Assembly (NCBI GenBank): GCA_039815185.1
Contig: JBCBZT010000002.1
Coordinates: 1-64,000 of the forward strand
From: Cyanobacteria bacterium P01_A01_bin.123
GTDB taxonomy: Bacteria; Cyanobacteriota; Cyanobacteriia; Phormidesmidales; Phormidesmidaceae
Direction of reading: 5' to 3'
Length of the DNA: 64,000 bases
The stretch's first letter is position 1. Each line of letters starts with the position of its first letter. The notes under the pieces are model-generated. The model was not told the DNA's origin, made no database searches, and saw only the letters and a program-made list of their open reading frames with translations. Positions 1-11,933 of the stretch are shown here, one piece after another. A program made the translations under genes and the position numbers.

Positions 1-928
1 CCAATGGTGGCCAACTGCTCAGCTTGTAGATAGCTGTAGTTGACAATACGCGCTTGGTGCTTATCGAGATAGGCACAAAAGTTGGCTGCTTGTTTTCGAC
101 GGCAATCGTTGAAGAGAGCTTTAGCCGCTTCTCGCTGACCGTTCCACAGCAAGGTTTCTGCCTTATCTAAGCGTTTCAGAGAGCCCCCCACTTTATAGAG
201 ATTTTCCTTCAGGTGATACCAATCGAGAATTTCAAAGCGTTGTGCTGCGCTGCCAATCGTCTTAAACAGATTCCAAATACCATCATGGCCATCCCCTAAG
301 CACACTAAGGGAGTGCTCAAGGGTTGAGCATTAATCCAATCGGTTAAGCTCAACGAATCCTGAAATCGAGCGCCGTAGTAGAGGCCACTGAGCCGAGCAG
401 CTTTGTAGTCGCGCCAGCAACTTCCTGCTCCAGACTGCCCTCGCAACCGGACTTTGCCCCCGTCAAGACTGATTTCATTGACCGCTTGCTTAGCCTCTGG
501 TGGACGCCACTCTTGGTGTTGTACCAGTCGATGTAAACTGCTGTGGCCGACCGACATGCCAGTTAGCGCCTCTACTTCAGACTCGGCACTTTGATAGGAC
601 TCGTTGGCACACAATCGCAAGCACCCTTTACTCAAGACTGGACTCAAGCGCCCATAGGACTCTAAGGCCAGTCGGCGAGCTTGCTGTTGATGGATCGCTA
701 AGGTGCCGATACAGCTCTTCAGCTTTCTGATTCGTCCCCGCTGGGTGTGGGTAACCTGGCTGATAAAAAATGGCCCAATGCCGGGCCAACATGCCCCAGG
801 AGATGGCCCCGAATCGTTTTCTCTATCCCTTCTAAGTCTTGTATCGCAGCTGGTTCACTCTCTTCATAAAGAATTTCAGCCACTTCTTGCAAACAGGCTT
901 TCAGGCGTTCTTGCTTTTGAGCATCCAT
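1..928 (-). CDS. ISKra4-family transposase, two frames joined by a -1 frameshift; 3' end outside the window
   Basis: ORF A (MDAQKQERLKACLQEVAEILY...GHFLS) shifts at a T6 run (plus strand A6 765-770) into an open frame FFISQVTHTQRGRIRKLKS... that stays open to base 1. Confidence 0.85.
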
Positions 929-996
929 GAGAGTTGACTCCTGAGGAGACGGCACTCATCCCATTATCGGTCTATTTACAAAGTCGGGATGCTCCC
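1..996 (-). mobile_element. ISKra4-family insertion sequence, left end; runs off the window
   Basis: Terminal GGGAGCATCCC motif (plus strand gggatgctccc 986-996) lies upstream of a transposase with ISKra4-type motifs SLDGGKVRLR, WRDYKA, CLGDGHDGIWNLF and ILDWYHLKENL. Confidence 0.85.
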
Positions 997-1060
997 CCAT
1001 AGATCTAGGTATGAGCAAAGTTATTGTGCTAGCCCTAATCTGTCAGATTGCAGTTCTTGC

Positions 1061-1480
1061 CTAGCCTTCAAATAACCAACTCTGAACCCGCTGAAGACTT
1101 TTCCACTCCGGACGGCGCTTCAGTCCGTCTTCAAAATTTTCTTGAATTTCTTTACGGAGCTCTTCAATGCTCAACACCGCTTGCGCAGCCATATCGACGT
1201 GGGTTCTTACCCCCTTTTTGCCGGTTTCTAACATGGCGATCGCAAGGTTAATCCGAGCCTGGGGGTCTTTGGGCGCAAGTTTAACGGCTTTTTGAGCCGC
1301 TTTGTAAGCGCCATTGGGTTTGTCAGCCAGTAGGCTTAACCAAGCCAAGCAAGTCCAAGCTGCGCTGTTCTTGGGGGTGCGATCGCAAATTTCTTTAAAG
1401 ACTGGAAGCAAGTTTTCGGCGGGTTCTCCGGCCTTGTAACGTTCAATGCCTTGGTCAAACAGAGTATCAACTTGAGTCAT
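1061..1480 (-). CDS. Small TPR-repeat protein
   Basis: TPR-like helices (PKNSAAWTCLAWL, AVKLAPKDPQARINLAIA). Confidence 0.8.
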   Translation of the reverse strand: MTQVDTLFDQGIERYKAGEPAENLLPVFKEICDRTPKNSAAWTCLAWLSLLADKPNGAYKAAQKAVKLAPKDPQARINLAIAMLETGKKGVRTHVDMAAQAVLSIEELRKEIQENFEDGLKRRPEWKSLQRVQSWLFEG

Positions 1481-1535
1481 AACAATTGGCGGTTAGACAC
1501 CGCTAAAAGAACCTTAGAAACTTTACCAGCTCAAC

Positions 1536-1569
1536 GCAGTAGGGGCATAGCACGCTATGCCCCTACTGC
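1536..1569. repeat. REP-like GTAG palindrome
   Basis: Perfect 16-bp inverted repeat gcagtaggggcatagc-ac-gctatgcccctactgc, intergenic. Confidence 0.7.
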
Positions 1570-1766
1570 AGTCCAGAATAAGCCCAAGCTTAGAACCAGC
1601 CTAGAAGAATTTTCTAACGTGGCGGCAAAATCGGCCTACTGTTTCCAGGGGATAGTAGAGTTAAATCGCTTCCTATATCCCCATGCGACGCGGTCGCTTA
1701 GATCTAAGAACCTAGCAGCACAGGTGCCCTATTTCCAAATTCAGCTACAACTATACGCTAATGCAA

Positions 1767-2120
1767 CTATGCGCCAAAGGAATTGCCGCAGCCGCAGGTC
1801 TGGGCCGCATTGGGATTCGTAAACTGAAAGCCACCCCCAATTAAAGCGTCGCTAAAATCTAGGACGAGGCCATAGAGGTAAAGCAGACTTTTGCGATCGC
1901 AGACAACTTTAAACCCCTCATAGTCATAAACTTCGTCATCAGGGGTGATACTCTCAAGGTTGGAAAAGTCCATCATGTAAGACATTCCAGAACAGCCTCC
2001 CTGACGGACGCCGACCCGTAGGCAGAGGTCCTCGCCATGCTTATCTCTGAGCGCTAAAACGTGGTTCAGGGCTGCTTCAGTCATCTGAATGCCGCGTTGG
2101 GATTGGGTTGCTTGGGTCAT
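1767..2120 (-). CDS. iscA: Fe-S cluster assembly A-type carrier (IscA/HesB)
   Basis: GGCSGMSY and NPNAAQTCGCGNSF motifs. Confidence 0.9.
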   Translation of the reverse strand: MTQATQSQRGIQMTEAALNHVLALRDKHGEDLCLRVGVRQGGCSGMSYMMDFSNLESITPDDEVYDYEGFKVVCDRKSLLYLYGLVLDFSDALIGGGFQFTNPNAAQTCGCGNSFGA

Positions 2121-2585
2121 GGCAGTCGAGATAGGGATATTGTTCGGCTAGGTTGCATTTTAATCTGAACCTATATCTTAGTTTAACTTGTCTAACCTCG
2201 GTCTGAGGTTAGCAAGTCTTTTGGAACGACCTAGAGAAAAATCTATTGTCATTGTCTTTGACAGGTGTGAGCTTTTTATTTCTTTACAGAGTCTGCTGGC
2301 TTTTGAGGGCTCAAAGTTCAGCGTTTTCAGTAAACGAAGAAATTATTGCGGCAATTTTCAAATAATTAGTTAACAATAGTTTGCAGCGCGTGTTGGTTAT
2401 TCGCAATTGCCAGAATACTTTTAGAGTAACTCTCGATAGAATGGCGTTCAAACGTTTAGTGGGCGCTGCTATTTTTAGACAGGCGGCTACTGTTGGAATC
2501 CTTTGTTCCTACTATGCTCTCAGGGCTCTAGCCCCTCTATACGTTAGGTTTAAAATTCTTTGCTCGGGGATTGCTAAATTGCTCC

Positions 2586-4271
2586 ATGAACTCATTGAAT
2601 AGTTTGACTAGCCGACGCCTCAATCGCCTTCCCAAGCATCCTAGCGTTTGGGAGGGCGATCGCCGCAGTATTGGCGCTAGTTTGCTACTAGAATTCGATG
2701 CCGATAGTAACCCAGACGAGCCCAATGGTGACTGTATTTTGTGGGTTGATGGTACCCAAGGTATGGTGCGAGGCATCAGCGTTGTGCCTGCCGAAACAGG
2801 CCACGAAGCTGTAGTACGTACTCTACTGCAAGCGATGGAAAGCCCCCAAGGGCCAGCAGAACCAAGCCGACCGCAAAAAATCGTGGTTCGCGATCGCGAG
2901 ATTCACTTCTTCTTGCGGGGAGCGCTGCAAGATGTGGATATTGACATCGAGTATGTACCCACCCTGCCCCTGATTGACGAGATTTTTGAAGGGTTGATGC
3001 AACAGGTGGGTCAATCCCTGCCTAATCTTCCCGAGATCTATGCCGACGACCTGATGACCAAGGCATCCCAACTGTGGCAAGATGCTCCCTGGAACGTGTT
3101 GAATGAACAGCAAATCCTAGCGATTGAAGTTAACCGCTGGGATATTGAAACCCTCTACATCTCTGTCTTGGGCATGGCTGGCGTTGAGTATGGGGTGTTG
3201 ATGTACCGTTCGTTAGAATCTTTGCGTCAGTTTCGGCAACGCGTTTTGGGTGCCGATCAGGCCCCCAAAAAACTTCAGCAGGCTTTTCTAGAGCAAGATT
3301 GCTTATTTCTCAATTTTGAACTGTTAGAAGAACAGCCAGATCCAGAGGTAGACGTTTTTTCACCTTTTTGGACGATGCAGCCCACAGCGATTCAGCCAGA
3401 ATTCGGTAGCCTCCATCCCCTGGAGGGGTTGCGTACGGTTTTGGCTGACGAGGAAGCTGCTACCTTCATTGCGGTTTTAGAGGCAATGCATCGCTTCTTC
3501 AGTCGCCACTATGCCAAATTTGACAGTGCCATCTTCCCAGCATTAGAAGGGCGCTATCGCATTCCTAATCCGATGGCTGAAGATACCCCAAGCTTGGTGC
3601 CCATTAAGGTCAAAACGTTACCCGATGTGGCCACAGTGCTGCTTGAGGAGACCGCCGCCCTTGAGGAAGAAATTCCGGGTCAGGCATTTCCAATGCTGCG
3701 TGATGATTATGTGCCTGAAGGGGCGCTGATTATGCTGCGTTCGTTTTCTGACAGTTGGCTCCAGTATTTGCGCAAGAGTTATACGGTTTATCATCAAGCT
3801 CTCTCCAGCACAGCCACTGCCTTGACCAATGGTTTAGAACCACCAGAGCAGGACTTGCCCATTGTGGTGATTCAAACTTCTCGTCCCAAAGCCCTAGATT
3901 TGATTGAGAACCTGAAGCAGGCAGACGGGATAACCGCCGTGTGCTTTAACTGGGGAACCGATCCACTCACAGGGGAAGAATACGATCTTGGATTGTTGCA
4001 AACCGGTAATGGGGAGTTTCATTTGTTTGGGGAATTTTCGCGGGGCGATCGAACTGACCAACAACTGGTTGCCCAATGGCAGCGATGGCAAGCCAGAGCC
4101 AATGGTTACTGTGGTGTCGTGATTGCTGGTGGTATTACAGGGGCCTCCAAAGGAGAACCGCAGCTGAATCAAATGCTAGGATTCTTTGAAACACGACTGC
4201 GATCGCCAGAAGACCTTAATCTCACGCCGCTACAGCTCCAGGTCGCAGTGGATTGGGAAGCTGATTTTTAA
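2586..4271 (+). CDS. Conserved cyanobacterial hypothetical protein (DUF6930-like)
   Basis: Long ORF with VWEGDRR, CILWVDG and SRPQKIVVRDRE, as recalled for this family. Confidence 0.65.
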   Translation: MNSLNSLTSRRLNRLPKHPSVWEGDRRSIGASLLLEFDADSNPDEPNGDCILWVDGTQGMVRGISVVPAETGHEAVVRTLLQAMESPQGPAEPSRPQKIVVRDREIHFFLRGALQDVDIDIEYVPTLPLIDEIFEGLMQQVGQSLPNLPEIYADDLMTKASQLWQDAPWNVLNEQQILAIEVNRWDIETLYISVLGMAGVEYGVLMYRSLESLRQFRQRVLGADQAPKKLQQAFLEQDCLFLNFELLEEQPDPEVDVFSPFWTMQPTAIQPEFGSLHPLEGLRTVLADEEAATFIAVLEAMHRFFSRHYAKFDSAIFPALEGRYRIPNPMAEDTPSLVPIKVKTLPDVATVLLEETAALEEEIPGQAFPMLRDDYVPEGALIMLRSFSDSWLQYLRKSYTVYHQALSSTATALTNGLEPPEQDLPIVVIQTSRPKALDLIENLKQADGITAVCFNWGTDPLTGEEYDLGLLQTGNGEFHLFGEFSRGDRTDQQLVAQWQRWQARANGYCGVVIAGGITGASKGEPQLNQMLGFFETRLRSPEDLNLTPLQLQVAVDWEADF

Positions 4272-4334
4272 GCTTTCAGCTGGGGGACGGTTTGGTAGGC
4301 TAGATATCTACGATGTGAATACCCCTTGCCCTTT

Positions 4335-5384
4335 ATGGTGTCTGCCAGTTCCCAACTATTACCGAGACCAGATCAATGTCATCCTAGGGCGAATCTTTAT
4401 CCGATCAGCATTGCGCCCATGATGGATCGCACCGATCGGCATTTTCGCTTTTTTATGCGGCAAATTACCCGGCATACGTTGCTCTACACCGAAATGGTGA
4501 CCAGCGCGGCGATCAAGTATGGCGATCGGGATCATCTCCTAAGTTTTTCTCCAGCGGAAAAGCCCCTAGTGTTGCAGGTGGGGGGAGATGATCCCACTGA
4601 TTTAGCCCTATGTGCCCGAGTTGCAGCAGACTACGGCTATGACGAGATTAACTTGAATGTGGGTTGCCCTAGCGATCGGGTTCAGAGTGGACACTTTGGA
4701 GCTTGTTTGATGGCCCAACCCCAACAGGTGGCAGACTGTGTCGCCGCCATGGCAGCGGCAAGTTCCCTGCCAGTCAGCGTGAAGCACCGGATTGGCATTG
4801 ACAATCGCGATCGCTACGACGACCTGATCAATTTTGTCGCCACGGTTGCCCAAGCTGGATGCGCTCGCTTTAGCGTCCATGCCCGCAAGGCTTGGTTGCA
4901 GGGGTTAAGTCCTAAAGAAAATCGCACAGTGCCGCCCCTACGTTATGGCGACGTGTATCGACTGAAGCAAGACTTACCCCATTTGGGGATTGAAATTAAT
5001 GGTGGTATCACTACGCTGGCGCAGGTTCGAGAGCATCATCAGTTTGTAGATGCAGTCATGATTGGCCGAGCCGCCTACGACAATCCCTATCTATTCGCCA
5101 CTGTCGATCGCGCCTTCTTTGACCCTGCTGCGACAGTGCCTGCTCGCCACGCGATCGCCACAGCCATGCTCGATTACAGTGAGACCTGGATGACTCAGGG
5201 CCTAAAACTCAACAAAATTACCCGTCACATGCTGCAACTGTTTACCCATCAACCTGGTAGCCGCAACTGGCGACGACAATTAACCGAAAAGTCCTGCCTA
5301 CCAGGAGCAGGCCCCGAAGTGATTCAAACAGCCTTGGATATGCTCCCTACCAATGAACTATCAGACGTAGAATCCATCCTCTAA
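4335..5384 (+). CDS. dusA: tRNA dihydrouridine synthase DusA
   Basis: SIAPMMDRTDRHFR, NLNVGCPSDRVQSG, HARKAWLQGLSPKENR. Confidence 0.92.
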   Translation: MVSASSQLLPRPDQCHPRANLYPISIAPMMDRTDRHFRFFMRQITRHTLLYTEMVTSAAIKYGDRDHLLSFSPAEKPLVLQVGGDDPTDLALCARVAADYGYDEINLNVGCPSDRVQSGHFGACLMAQPQQVADCVAAMAAASSLPVSVKHRIGIDNRDRYDDLINFVATVAQAGCARFSVHARKAWLQGLSPKENRTVPPLRYGDVYRLKQDLPHLGIEINGGITTLAQVREHHQFVDAVMIGRAAYDNPYLFATVDRAFFDPAATVPARHAIATAMLDYSETWMTQGLKLNKITRHMLQLFTHQPGSRNWRRQLTEKSCLPGAGPEVIQTALDMLPTNELSDVESIL

Positions 5385-5563
5385 TTGCAATCGGTCTCCC
5401 CATAACCTCATTTCCCCTCACCCCAAAGTTCATCGCCAGACCACAGCTATCCACAATATGTCAACTCACTCCCTGCAATTGGGCACTTTAAGCAAGTCCT
5501 GGTTGAGTCCCCAACCGCCCCATTGCGTGTCAACGAAAATATAGATCAAAGGAGTGATTTACC

Positions 5564-6280
5564 ATGTTGCCAGTGCTACTTGCAGTGGTGCCGTTACAGG
5601 CTGCGATTGCGGTTGAGGTTCCTACCAGTCCAGTCTTAGAAGAAGTTCAGCCGACACCCTACCTGGCTCAAGTGGCCACAGACTGGTCTGACAATCTGGT
5701 GAGCTACAGCAACCAAGTAGGTCAACAAATTAGCTTGTACTGTGAACCCAACGGTACCCTGTATCCGGTTTGGGGAAGCGGTGTTTACACTACTAATTCA
5801 TCGGTTTGCAGCGCTGCTGTTCATGCTGGAATCATTCGTCCCTCCATGGGTGGGCAAGTCAACATTGAAATAACCACTTGGCAAAACGGTCATAGGGGCG
5901 TGACTCGTAACGGCGTTAGCTCCCTCGATTGGGAATCGTCAGATACCAGTTTTGTATTTATTGGCAATCGCCCAACGAACTACATATCCGATTGGTCTGA
6001 TAATGCGACAGCCTATCGAGGTCAAACCGGTCAACGGGTTTTTGTCACCTGTGCGCCCAATGGCTCCCTCGGCAGTGTTTGGGGAACCGGCACCTACACC
6101 GATGACTCTTCTATTTGCTCAGCAGCAGTCCATGCCGGTTTAATTGATACAGAGCAAGGTGGCAACGTGATGATCGAGATTGCCCAGGGTGAAATTGCTT
6201 ATGAGGGGACTTCCCAGCATGGGATAACTTCATCAGAATGGGGCCGCTGGGAAGGCAGCTTTGTTTTTGTTGAAAACTAG
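5564..6280 (+). CDS. Probably exported protein with two tandem LCCL domains
   Basis: Two VWG[S/T]GxYTxxSS[V/I]CSAAVHAG repeats; hydrophobic N-terminus. Confidence 0.85.
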   Translation: MLPVLLAVVPLQAAIAVEVPTSPVLEEVQPTPYLAQVATDWSDNLVSYSNQVGQQISLYCEPNGTLYPVWGSGVYTTNSSVCSAAVHAGIIRPSMGGQVNIEITTWQNGHRGVTRNGVSSLDWESSDTSFVFIGNRPTNYISDWSDNATAYRGQTGQRVFVTCAPNGSLGSVWGTGTYTDDSSICSAAVHAGLIDTEQGGNVMIEIAQGEIAYEGTSQHGITSSEWGRWEGSFVFVEN

Positions 6281-6422
6281 CCAGTCATCGAAAACGAGAA
6301 AGTTGGTCGGTCAAAGGTGCCGTTGAGACGTCATCCTGTTTCTAAACGGCACCTTTTCGGTGAACGGCTATACCTCCAAGCAGGGTGCTGCGTTACAGTC
6401 TAAACATGTAGCGGAGGAATTG

Positions 6423-6761
6423 ATGATGGCATCCTTAACCGAACAAAAGTGCGTTCCCTGCGAAGGTGGTGTCGATCCGATGAGTGAGTCAGAAATCGAC
6501 GCTCAGAAAGCTCAGATTCCTGATTGGCAAATCATTAAAGAAGGCGAAAATGCTCGCCTCCAGCGTAAGTTTACGTTTCCCGATTTCGTCCAGGCTATGG
6601 CTTTTACCCAAAGCGTCGGAGAAGCCGCTGAAGCTAACGGGCACCACCCATTGATTTGCTTAACCTGGGGAGAAGCAACGGTGACTTGGTGGACCCATGC
6701 GATTGATGGTCTCCACCAAAATGATTTCATTATGGCAGCCAAAACCGATGCGCTGGTCTAG
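6423..6761 (+). CDS. phhB: Pterin-4a-carbinolamine dehydratase
   Basis: CVPCEGG, AEANGHHP, WWTHAIDGLHQNDFIMAAK; GGAGG just upstream. Confidence 0.9.
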   Translation: MMASLTEQKCVPCEGGVDPMSESEIDAQKAQIPDWQIIKEGENARLQRKFTFPDFVQAMAFTQSVGEAAEANGHHPLICLTWGEATVTWWTHAIDGLHQNDFIMAAKTDALV

Positions 6762-6789
6762 CCTTTGTCAGAGACCTTGTCTCGATCGA

Positions 6790-8001
6790 CTAGAGCAACT
6801 CATCTAGGCTAAGTCCTTCTAGCGCTTCAAGATCATCTGCAGAGTCCACGAGTTCTTGGCAGAGGTCTTGGAGTGCTTTGTTTTGACTCCGACGGGAAAC
6901 CCGTCGGTATTTCTTCGCCGATAGCTTTGGCTCTGCCTGGAGCTGTCCCGATCCGGCCACTTTGTATTTCATGGTGGTTTCGAGCTCATGCGGTTGGGTT
7001 TGGGAGTATCCCTGTATCGCGATCGCATTCAATAATTGCAAATAATGACCGTAGCGTTCCCAATCCCCGCGCACCACACAACCCGGTTCTTCCTGATGCA
7101 GGCAGTTGTTAAATTGACAGTGACGCTGTGCGAGTCGCTGGCGAATCTCAGGGAAATAAGCAGCTAAGTCTTCTGGAGCACAATCAATATTGGGTTGGTT
7201 AAAGCCTGGGGTATCCGCTAAAAAGCCACCCTGGGGGAGGGCAAACAGCTCTACGTGGCGCGTCGTGTGGCGACCCCGCCCCAGCTTGCCCGAAACTGTA
7301 GCAACCCGCAGATCTAAATCGGGGATCAAGTGATTAATTAAGCTTGATTTCCCTACCCCGGAAGGGCCTGAGACGATCGTGATGTGGGTACTTAATTTTT
7401 GATGTAGGGCTGCCGGAACGGATTGGTTTCGAACACTGAGCCACAGCGGATCGTATCCCCAGCGTTGCAAGCGCTGATGCCAAGCTGCTTGTGCAGCAGC
7501 ATCGCCTAAATCGCGCTTATTCAGTGCTAAACATATCTGCATGCCCGTTGATTCAGCTTTGACTAAAAACCAACTCAGTTGGAAGGGTTCCAAACTGGGT
7601 TCGGCCAGGGCGAATACCAGCAGAATTTGGCTAGCATTGGCCACTGGGGGACGATCGAGCGCAGTAATACGGGGAGCAACGGCGGCGATCGCGCCTCGCT
7701 GTCCTTGCCAGTCTGGCTCTTGCACTTCAACGCGATCGCCCACCATTACCTGCTGCCCAGTTTTTTTCAATCGGGCCCGACGGGTACACAGCAAATGGCT
7801 AGGCTGTTCCCCGCTGCGTAGAGATGCGGAAATCAAAGGCTCATGGTTCAACGGGGAGGCAACTGCCGTTTTAACCATCGGCTCGAGACGTACCCAATAG
7901 TAATTAGCCTGGACAGACACAACCGTTCCCCATAGGGAATCTGCCATCTCCTTGGGGCAAGAGCCAGTCACGATTGGCTGTGATGATGCCTCGCGGGTCA
8001 C
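6790..8001 (-). CDS. rsgA: Ribosome small subunit GTPase RsgA
   Basis: NKRD, GPSGVGKSS, GRHTTR, DTPGF, and Zn finger CQFNNCLHQEEPGC. Confidence 0.93.
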   Translation of the reverse strand: MTREASSQPIVTGSCPKEMADSLWGTVVSVQANYYWVRLEPMVKTAVASPLNHEPLISASLRSGEQPSHLLCTRRARLKKTGQQVMVGDRVEVQEPDWQGQRGAIAAVAPRITALDRPPVANASQILLVFALAEPSLEPFQLSWFLVKAESTGMQICLALNKRDLGDAAAQAAWHQRLQRWGYDPLWLSVRNQSVPAALHQKLSTHITIVSGPSGVGKSSLINHLIPDLDLRVATVSGKLGRGRHTTRHVELFALPQGGFLADTPGFNQPNIDCAPEDLAAYFPEIRQRLAQRHCQFNNCLHQEEPGCVVRGDWERYGHYLQLLNAIAIQGYSQTQPHELETTMKYKVAGSGQLQAEPKLSAKKYRRVSRRSQNKALQDLCQELVDSADDLEALEGLSLDELL

Positions 8002-8003
8002 AG

Positions 8004-8330
8004 CTAAACCTGAGGTTTGCGGACTTGGACAATGAAAAAGTCGTCCTGAGGATTCAATTGTTCGATGGTATAGCCTTCCATTGTGAGACTATCTGGAACC
8101 TGCTCAATCGGCTCTCCAGCATCGAGCCAAACTTCTAGCAGCGACCCTGTAGCCATGCGCTCTAGCTTGAGCTTCGTTCTGACAAAATTGAGTGGGCAAG
8201 GGGTGCCCCTTAAGTCAAGTTGGGCATCAGGCTGTGTTGACGGTACAGCATCGTTCACAGTGCTTGCCGCTGCTGTTCCCAGGCGCGCTGGGTGAGATTG
8301 TTGGAGATGCTCTGAAAGGGGGATCGTCAT
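8004..8330 (-). CDS. TusA/SirA-family sulfur carrier
   Basis: [20 protein letters not shown] motif. Confidence 0.88.
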   Translation of the reverse strand: MTIPLSEHLQQSHPARLGTAAASTVNDAVPSTQPDAQLDLRGTPCPLNFVRTKLKLERMATGSLLEVWLDAGEPIEQVPDSLTMEGYTIEQLNPQDDFFIVQVRKPQV

Positions 8331-9454
8331 CCGCGAAATAGCCCTCCCAAAAATCCTTCAATGCCGCCTTTGCCAACCCGATCGCCGTGAATTTGGGCTA
8401 GCTGCTCCAAGAGTTCCCGTTCCTCCGGTCTAACTCGAGTCGGAATATCGATCAAAACCGTAATCAGATGATCTCCTCGGCTCACTGGGTTACCTAAGCG
8501 CGGCACCCCGTGGTTTTCCAAGGTCAGCACTGTATTAGGTTGGGTTCCGGGTGGAATCTGCAGTTCCACAGGGCCATCGACCGTTTCTACCTTCAACCGA
8601 CAGCCTAAAATTGCCTGCAAGTAGCTGATCTTCAAGTCCGACAGAATGTTGATGCCGTCTCGCTTAAAGGATGCATCTTCATTGACAAATAGATAGACAT
8701 ATAAGTCTCCAGCAGGGCCACCTCGCATCCCTGCATCTCCCTCGCCTGAAACCCGCAAGCGAGTCCCGTTATCAACGCCCTTAGGAACTGTAATTTTGAG
8801 CTTCTTGGTTTCTTCTTTTTGACCGCTACCGCCACAGGTTTCGCAGCGATCTTCAATCACTTCTCCTGTACCGTTACAAGTTGGACAAGCAGAGACCTGG
8901 GTAAAGCTGCCAAAAGGTGTGCGAGTAGCCCGTCTTACTTGGCCAGAACCGCCACAGGTTGCACAAGTCTTAGGGCGCGTCCCTGCTTTGGCACCCGATC
9001 CCTCGCAGGTTTTGCAAGTTTCTAGGTGGTTGATCTTGATTTCCTTTTCGCCACCAAAAATGGCTTCCTTAAAATCTAGTCGCAGATCTAGTCGTAGATC
9101 ATCTCCCCGAGCTGGCCCTCGCCGCCGCGTTGATTGACCCGCGCCTCCAGAAAAACCGCTAAAAAAGCTTTCAAAGATATCGGCAAAACCGCCCATGTCG
9201 CCGAAATCTTGGAATCCGGCGCTCCCAGCAGCACTCCCAACCCCGGCTTCGCCAAAACGATCGTAGCGAGCCCGGACTTCCGGTTCTGAAAGCACCTCAT
9301 AGGCCCGGTTGATTTCCTTAAACCGTTCCTCAGCACCGTCTTCTTTATTCACATCGGGGTGATACTTACGGGCCAAACGCCGATAGCCACGCTTCAGCTC
9401 ATCTTGGTCAGCATTGCGTGAAACCCCCAAAATTTCATAGTAATCGCGAGCCAT
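8327..9454 (-). CDS. dnaJ: Chaperone DnaJ
   Basis: J-domain with HPD, G/F region, four CxxCxGxG repeats. Confidence 0.97.
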   Translation of the reverse strand: MARDYYEILGVSRNADQDELKRGYRRLARKYHPDVNKEDGAEERFKEINRAYEVLSEPEVRARYDRFGEAGVGSAAGSAGFQDFGDMGGFADIFESFFSGFSGGAGQSTRRRGPARGDDLRLDLRLDFKEAIFGGEKEIKINHLETCKTCEGSGAKAGTRPKTCATCGGSGQVRRATRTPFGSFTQVSACPTCNGTGEVIEDRCETCGGSGQKEETKKLKITVPKGVDNGTRLRVSGEGDAGMRGGPAGDLYVYLFVNEDASFKRDGINILSDLKISYLQAILGCRLKVETVDGPVELQIPPGTQPNTVLTLENHGVPRLGNPVSRGDHLITVLIDIPTRVRPEERELLEQLAQIHGDRVGKGGIEGFLGGLFRG

Positions 9455-9634
9455 AAAGCGATAGTCGAAGCCTCAGAATGGGCAGATTCAAACGACAAAT
9501 TAGATGGTGTTCCAACCCTATATCCGAGCGGTTGGGATAGAGCACATCCATTCAAACATTGTAGAAGCGATGTGGGATTGTGACCATGACTCACCGCGCC
9601 TTAAGCCAATCAGGGAACAAACTATTCAAACAGA

Positions 9635-11629
9635 CTAATCAATGGCTTCATAATCTGCTGTGATTGTTGCGTCGAAATTATCGGCTTCATCCTCCATGTC
9701 CATATCTGTAGAGTCAACGCCTAAGGTTTCATCTGGAATGCTGTCTTCCACCCCATCACTGTTAGCCCCTATACCCTCGGTGTTAATAGTGCCGTCATTC
9801 ATTATCTCATCGTCATCATCAGCGTGCTGATAGAGGGTGGCACCAATATCAAACACCGTTTGTTGAAAAGTATCCAGGCGTAATTTGAACTCATCGGGGG
9901 TGATCTCGCGATCGCTCATCGCAGCCCGCAGGCCAGCTGCTTGCTCGGCAGCTTCAGCTTTCATATGCTCGGCCATGAGATCGCCGTTATCCCGCAGCGT
10001 TGCTTCATAGCTGTAGAACAAGTTGTCTGCACGATTCTTCAGATCTGCCAGAACCCGCCGCTGATTATCCTCATCCGCAAATGTATCTGCTTCCTGACGC
10101 ATCCGCTCAACCTCGTCAGGATTTAACCCACCGGTGTTAGTAATCCGAATGCTCTGCTCACGCCCTGTCCCTTTATCGCGCGCTGAGACTTGCAAAATGC
10201 CATCAGCATCAATTTCAAAGGACACCTCAATTTGAGGTACCCCACGGGGAGCTGGTGGGATACCCGCTAGCTGAAACTTACCCAAACTCTTATTGTCTTT
10301 TGCCATTGCTCTCTCCCCTTGGAGCGCATGGACTTCAACAGAAGTTTGGCCATCGGTTGCCGTAGAGAAGACTTGCGCCTTACTGGTCGGGATGGTGGTA
10401 TTGCGTTCAATCACCTTTGTAAACACTTCTCCCAAGGTCTCAATACCCAAGGACAGCGGAGTGACATCCAGCAGCAGTAAGTCTTTCACCTCACCACCGA
10501 GTACCCCAGCCTGAATAGAAGCCCCTAAAGCAACGGCTTCATCTGGGTTAACAGAACGATCAGGAGTCTTCCCGTTGAAGAACTGGGAGATGGCATTTTG
10601 GACTGCTGGAATGCGGGTGGAACCGCCCACTAAAATAATCCGGTCAATCTCATCGGGCGTCAATTCAGCATCCTTGAGTGCCTGGGCTACTGGTTCTAAG
10701 GTTCCTTGGACAAGCGGCTTAGCCAACTCTTCAAACTTAGCTCGGGGCAAATCCATCTCTAAATGCTTTGGACCTGTTTCGTCGGCGGTAATAAAGGGCA
10801 AATTAATCGGCGTTGTCAGGATATTTGACAGTTCAATCTTGGCTTTTTCTGCCGCTTCTCGCAGTCTCTGCAGGGCCATGCGATCGGTTGATAGATCAAT
10901 ACCTTCCTGATCTCGGAAACTGTCAATCATCCAGGTGACAATACAATCATCAAAATCGTCACCCCCTAAGTGGTTATTGCCAGAGGTTGCCTTAACTTCA
11001 AATACGCCATCTCCAAGCTGTAAAACGGAAACATCAAAGGTGCCTCCTCCTAAGTCAAAGACCAAGACGGTTTGATCTTGATCTTGCTTGTCTAACCCGT
11101 AGGACAAGGAGGCTGATGTCGGCTCGTTGATGATACGGAGTACATCAAGGCCAGCGATTGTGCCAGCATCCTTGGTTGCTTGTCGTTGAGCATCGGTAAA
11201 GTAAGCTGGCACAGTAATCACAGCCTGTGTGACTTCTTCGCCCAGATAAGCTTCAGCATCTTGCTTCAGCTTCTGGAGAGTCATTGCCGAAATTTCCTGT
11301 GGAGTATAGGTTTTGCCCCGAATTTGGACGTCAACCGTATCGTCTCGTCCCTTAACACAAACATAGGAGACTCTGGAGCGCTCCCGTTCTGTATCGTCCC
11401 AACGTCGGCCAATAAACCGCTTGATACTGAATACGGTGTTTTCAGCGTTGGTTACTGCTTGACGCTTGGCCAACTGCCCTACTAGGCGTTCCCCAGATTT
11501 GCCAAAGCCAACAATGCTTGGGGTTGTGCGACCGCCTTCCGTGTTGGCGATAACAACAGGCTTTCCCCCTTCCAATACGGCTACGCAGCTATTTGTTGTG
11601 CCTAAATCGATACCAATGACTTTTCCCAT
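9635..11629 (-). CDS. dnaK: Chaperone DnaK with an acidic C-terminal tail
   Basis: [27 protein letters not shown]. Confidence 0.97.
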   Translation of the reverse strand: MGKVIGIDLGTTNSCVAVLEGGKPVVIANTEGGRTTPSIVGFGKSGERLVGQLAKRQAVTNAENTVFSIKRFIGRRWDDTERERSRVSYVCVKGRDDTVDVQIRGKTYTPQEISAMTLQKLKQDAEAYLGEEVTQAVITVPAYFTDAQRQATKDAGTIAGLDVLRIINEPTSASLSYGLDKQDQDQTVLVFDLGGGTFDVSVLQLGDGVFEVKATSGNNHLGGDDFDDCIVTWMIDSFRDQEGIDLSTDRMALQRLREAAEKAKIELSNILTTPINLPFITADETGPKHLEMDLPRAKFEELAKPLVQGTLEPVAQALKDAELTPDEIDRIILVGGSTRIPAVQNAISQFFNGKTPDRSVNPDEAVALGASIQAGVLGGEVKDLLLLDVTPLSLGIETLGEVFTKVIERNTTIPTSKAQVFSTATDGQTSVEVHALQGERAMAKDNKSLGKFQLAGIPPAPRGVPQIEVSFEIDADGILQVSARDKGTGREQSIRITNTGGLNPDEVERMRQEADTFADEDNQRRVLADLKNRADNLFYSYEATLRDNGDLMAEHMKAEAAEQAAGLRAAMSDREITPDEFKLRLDTFQQTVFDIGATLYQHADDDDEIMNDGTINTEGIGANSDGVEDSIPDETLGVDSTDMDMEDEADNFDATITADYEAID

Positions 11630-11933
11630 AGCGCTTGGCTTGTGTCGTACTAGATGAATAGGTGAGATGTGGCAGTCGGACAGTAAATGGGCTGGAAATA
11701 GTTAGGTCGAATAAGCTACTCCAGCGATCGGAGCTAGGCAATGACTACTAATTAGCTAACGCATCGCTGATTGTGAGGATAGGCATAACCTAATCAAAAC
11801 AAGCCAAAAGTCCTGGACTTATCGGGGTTTAGTGAACCAAACTACACAATAACTAGCCTCCTCGAAAACTTAAAGCGCTAACCCCGGATGACACCGCTAG
11901 AACTACGTGTTCAAAACGTTATGCTCTGAGACA

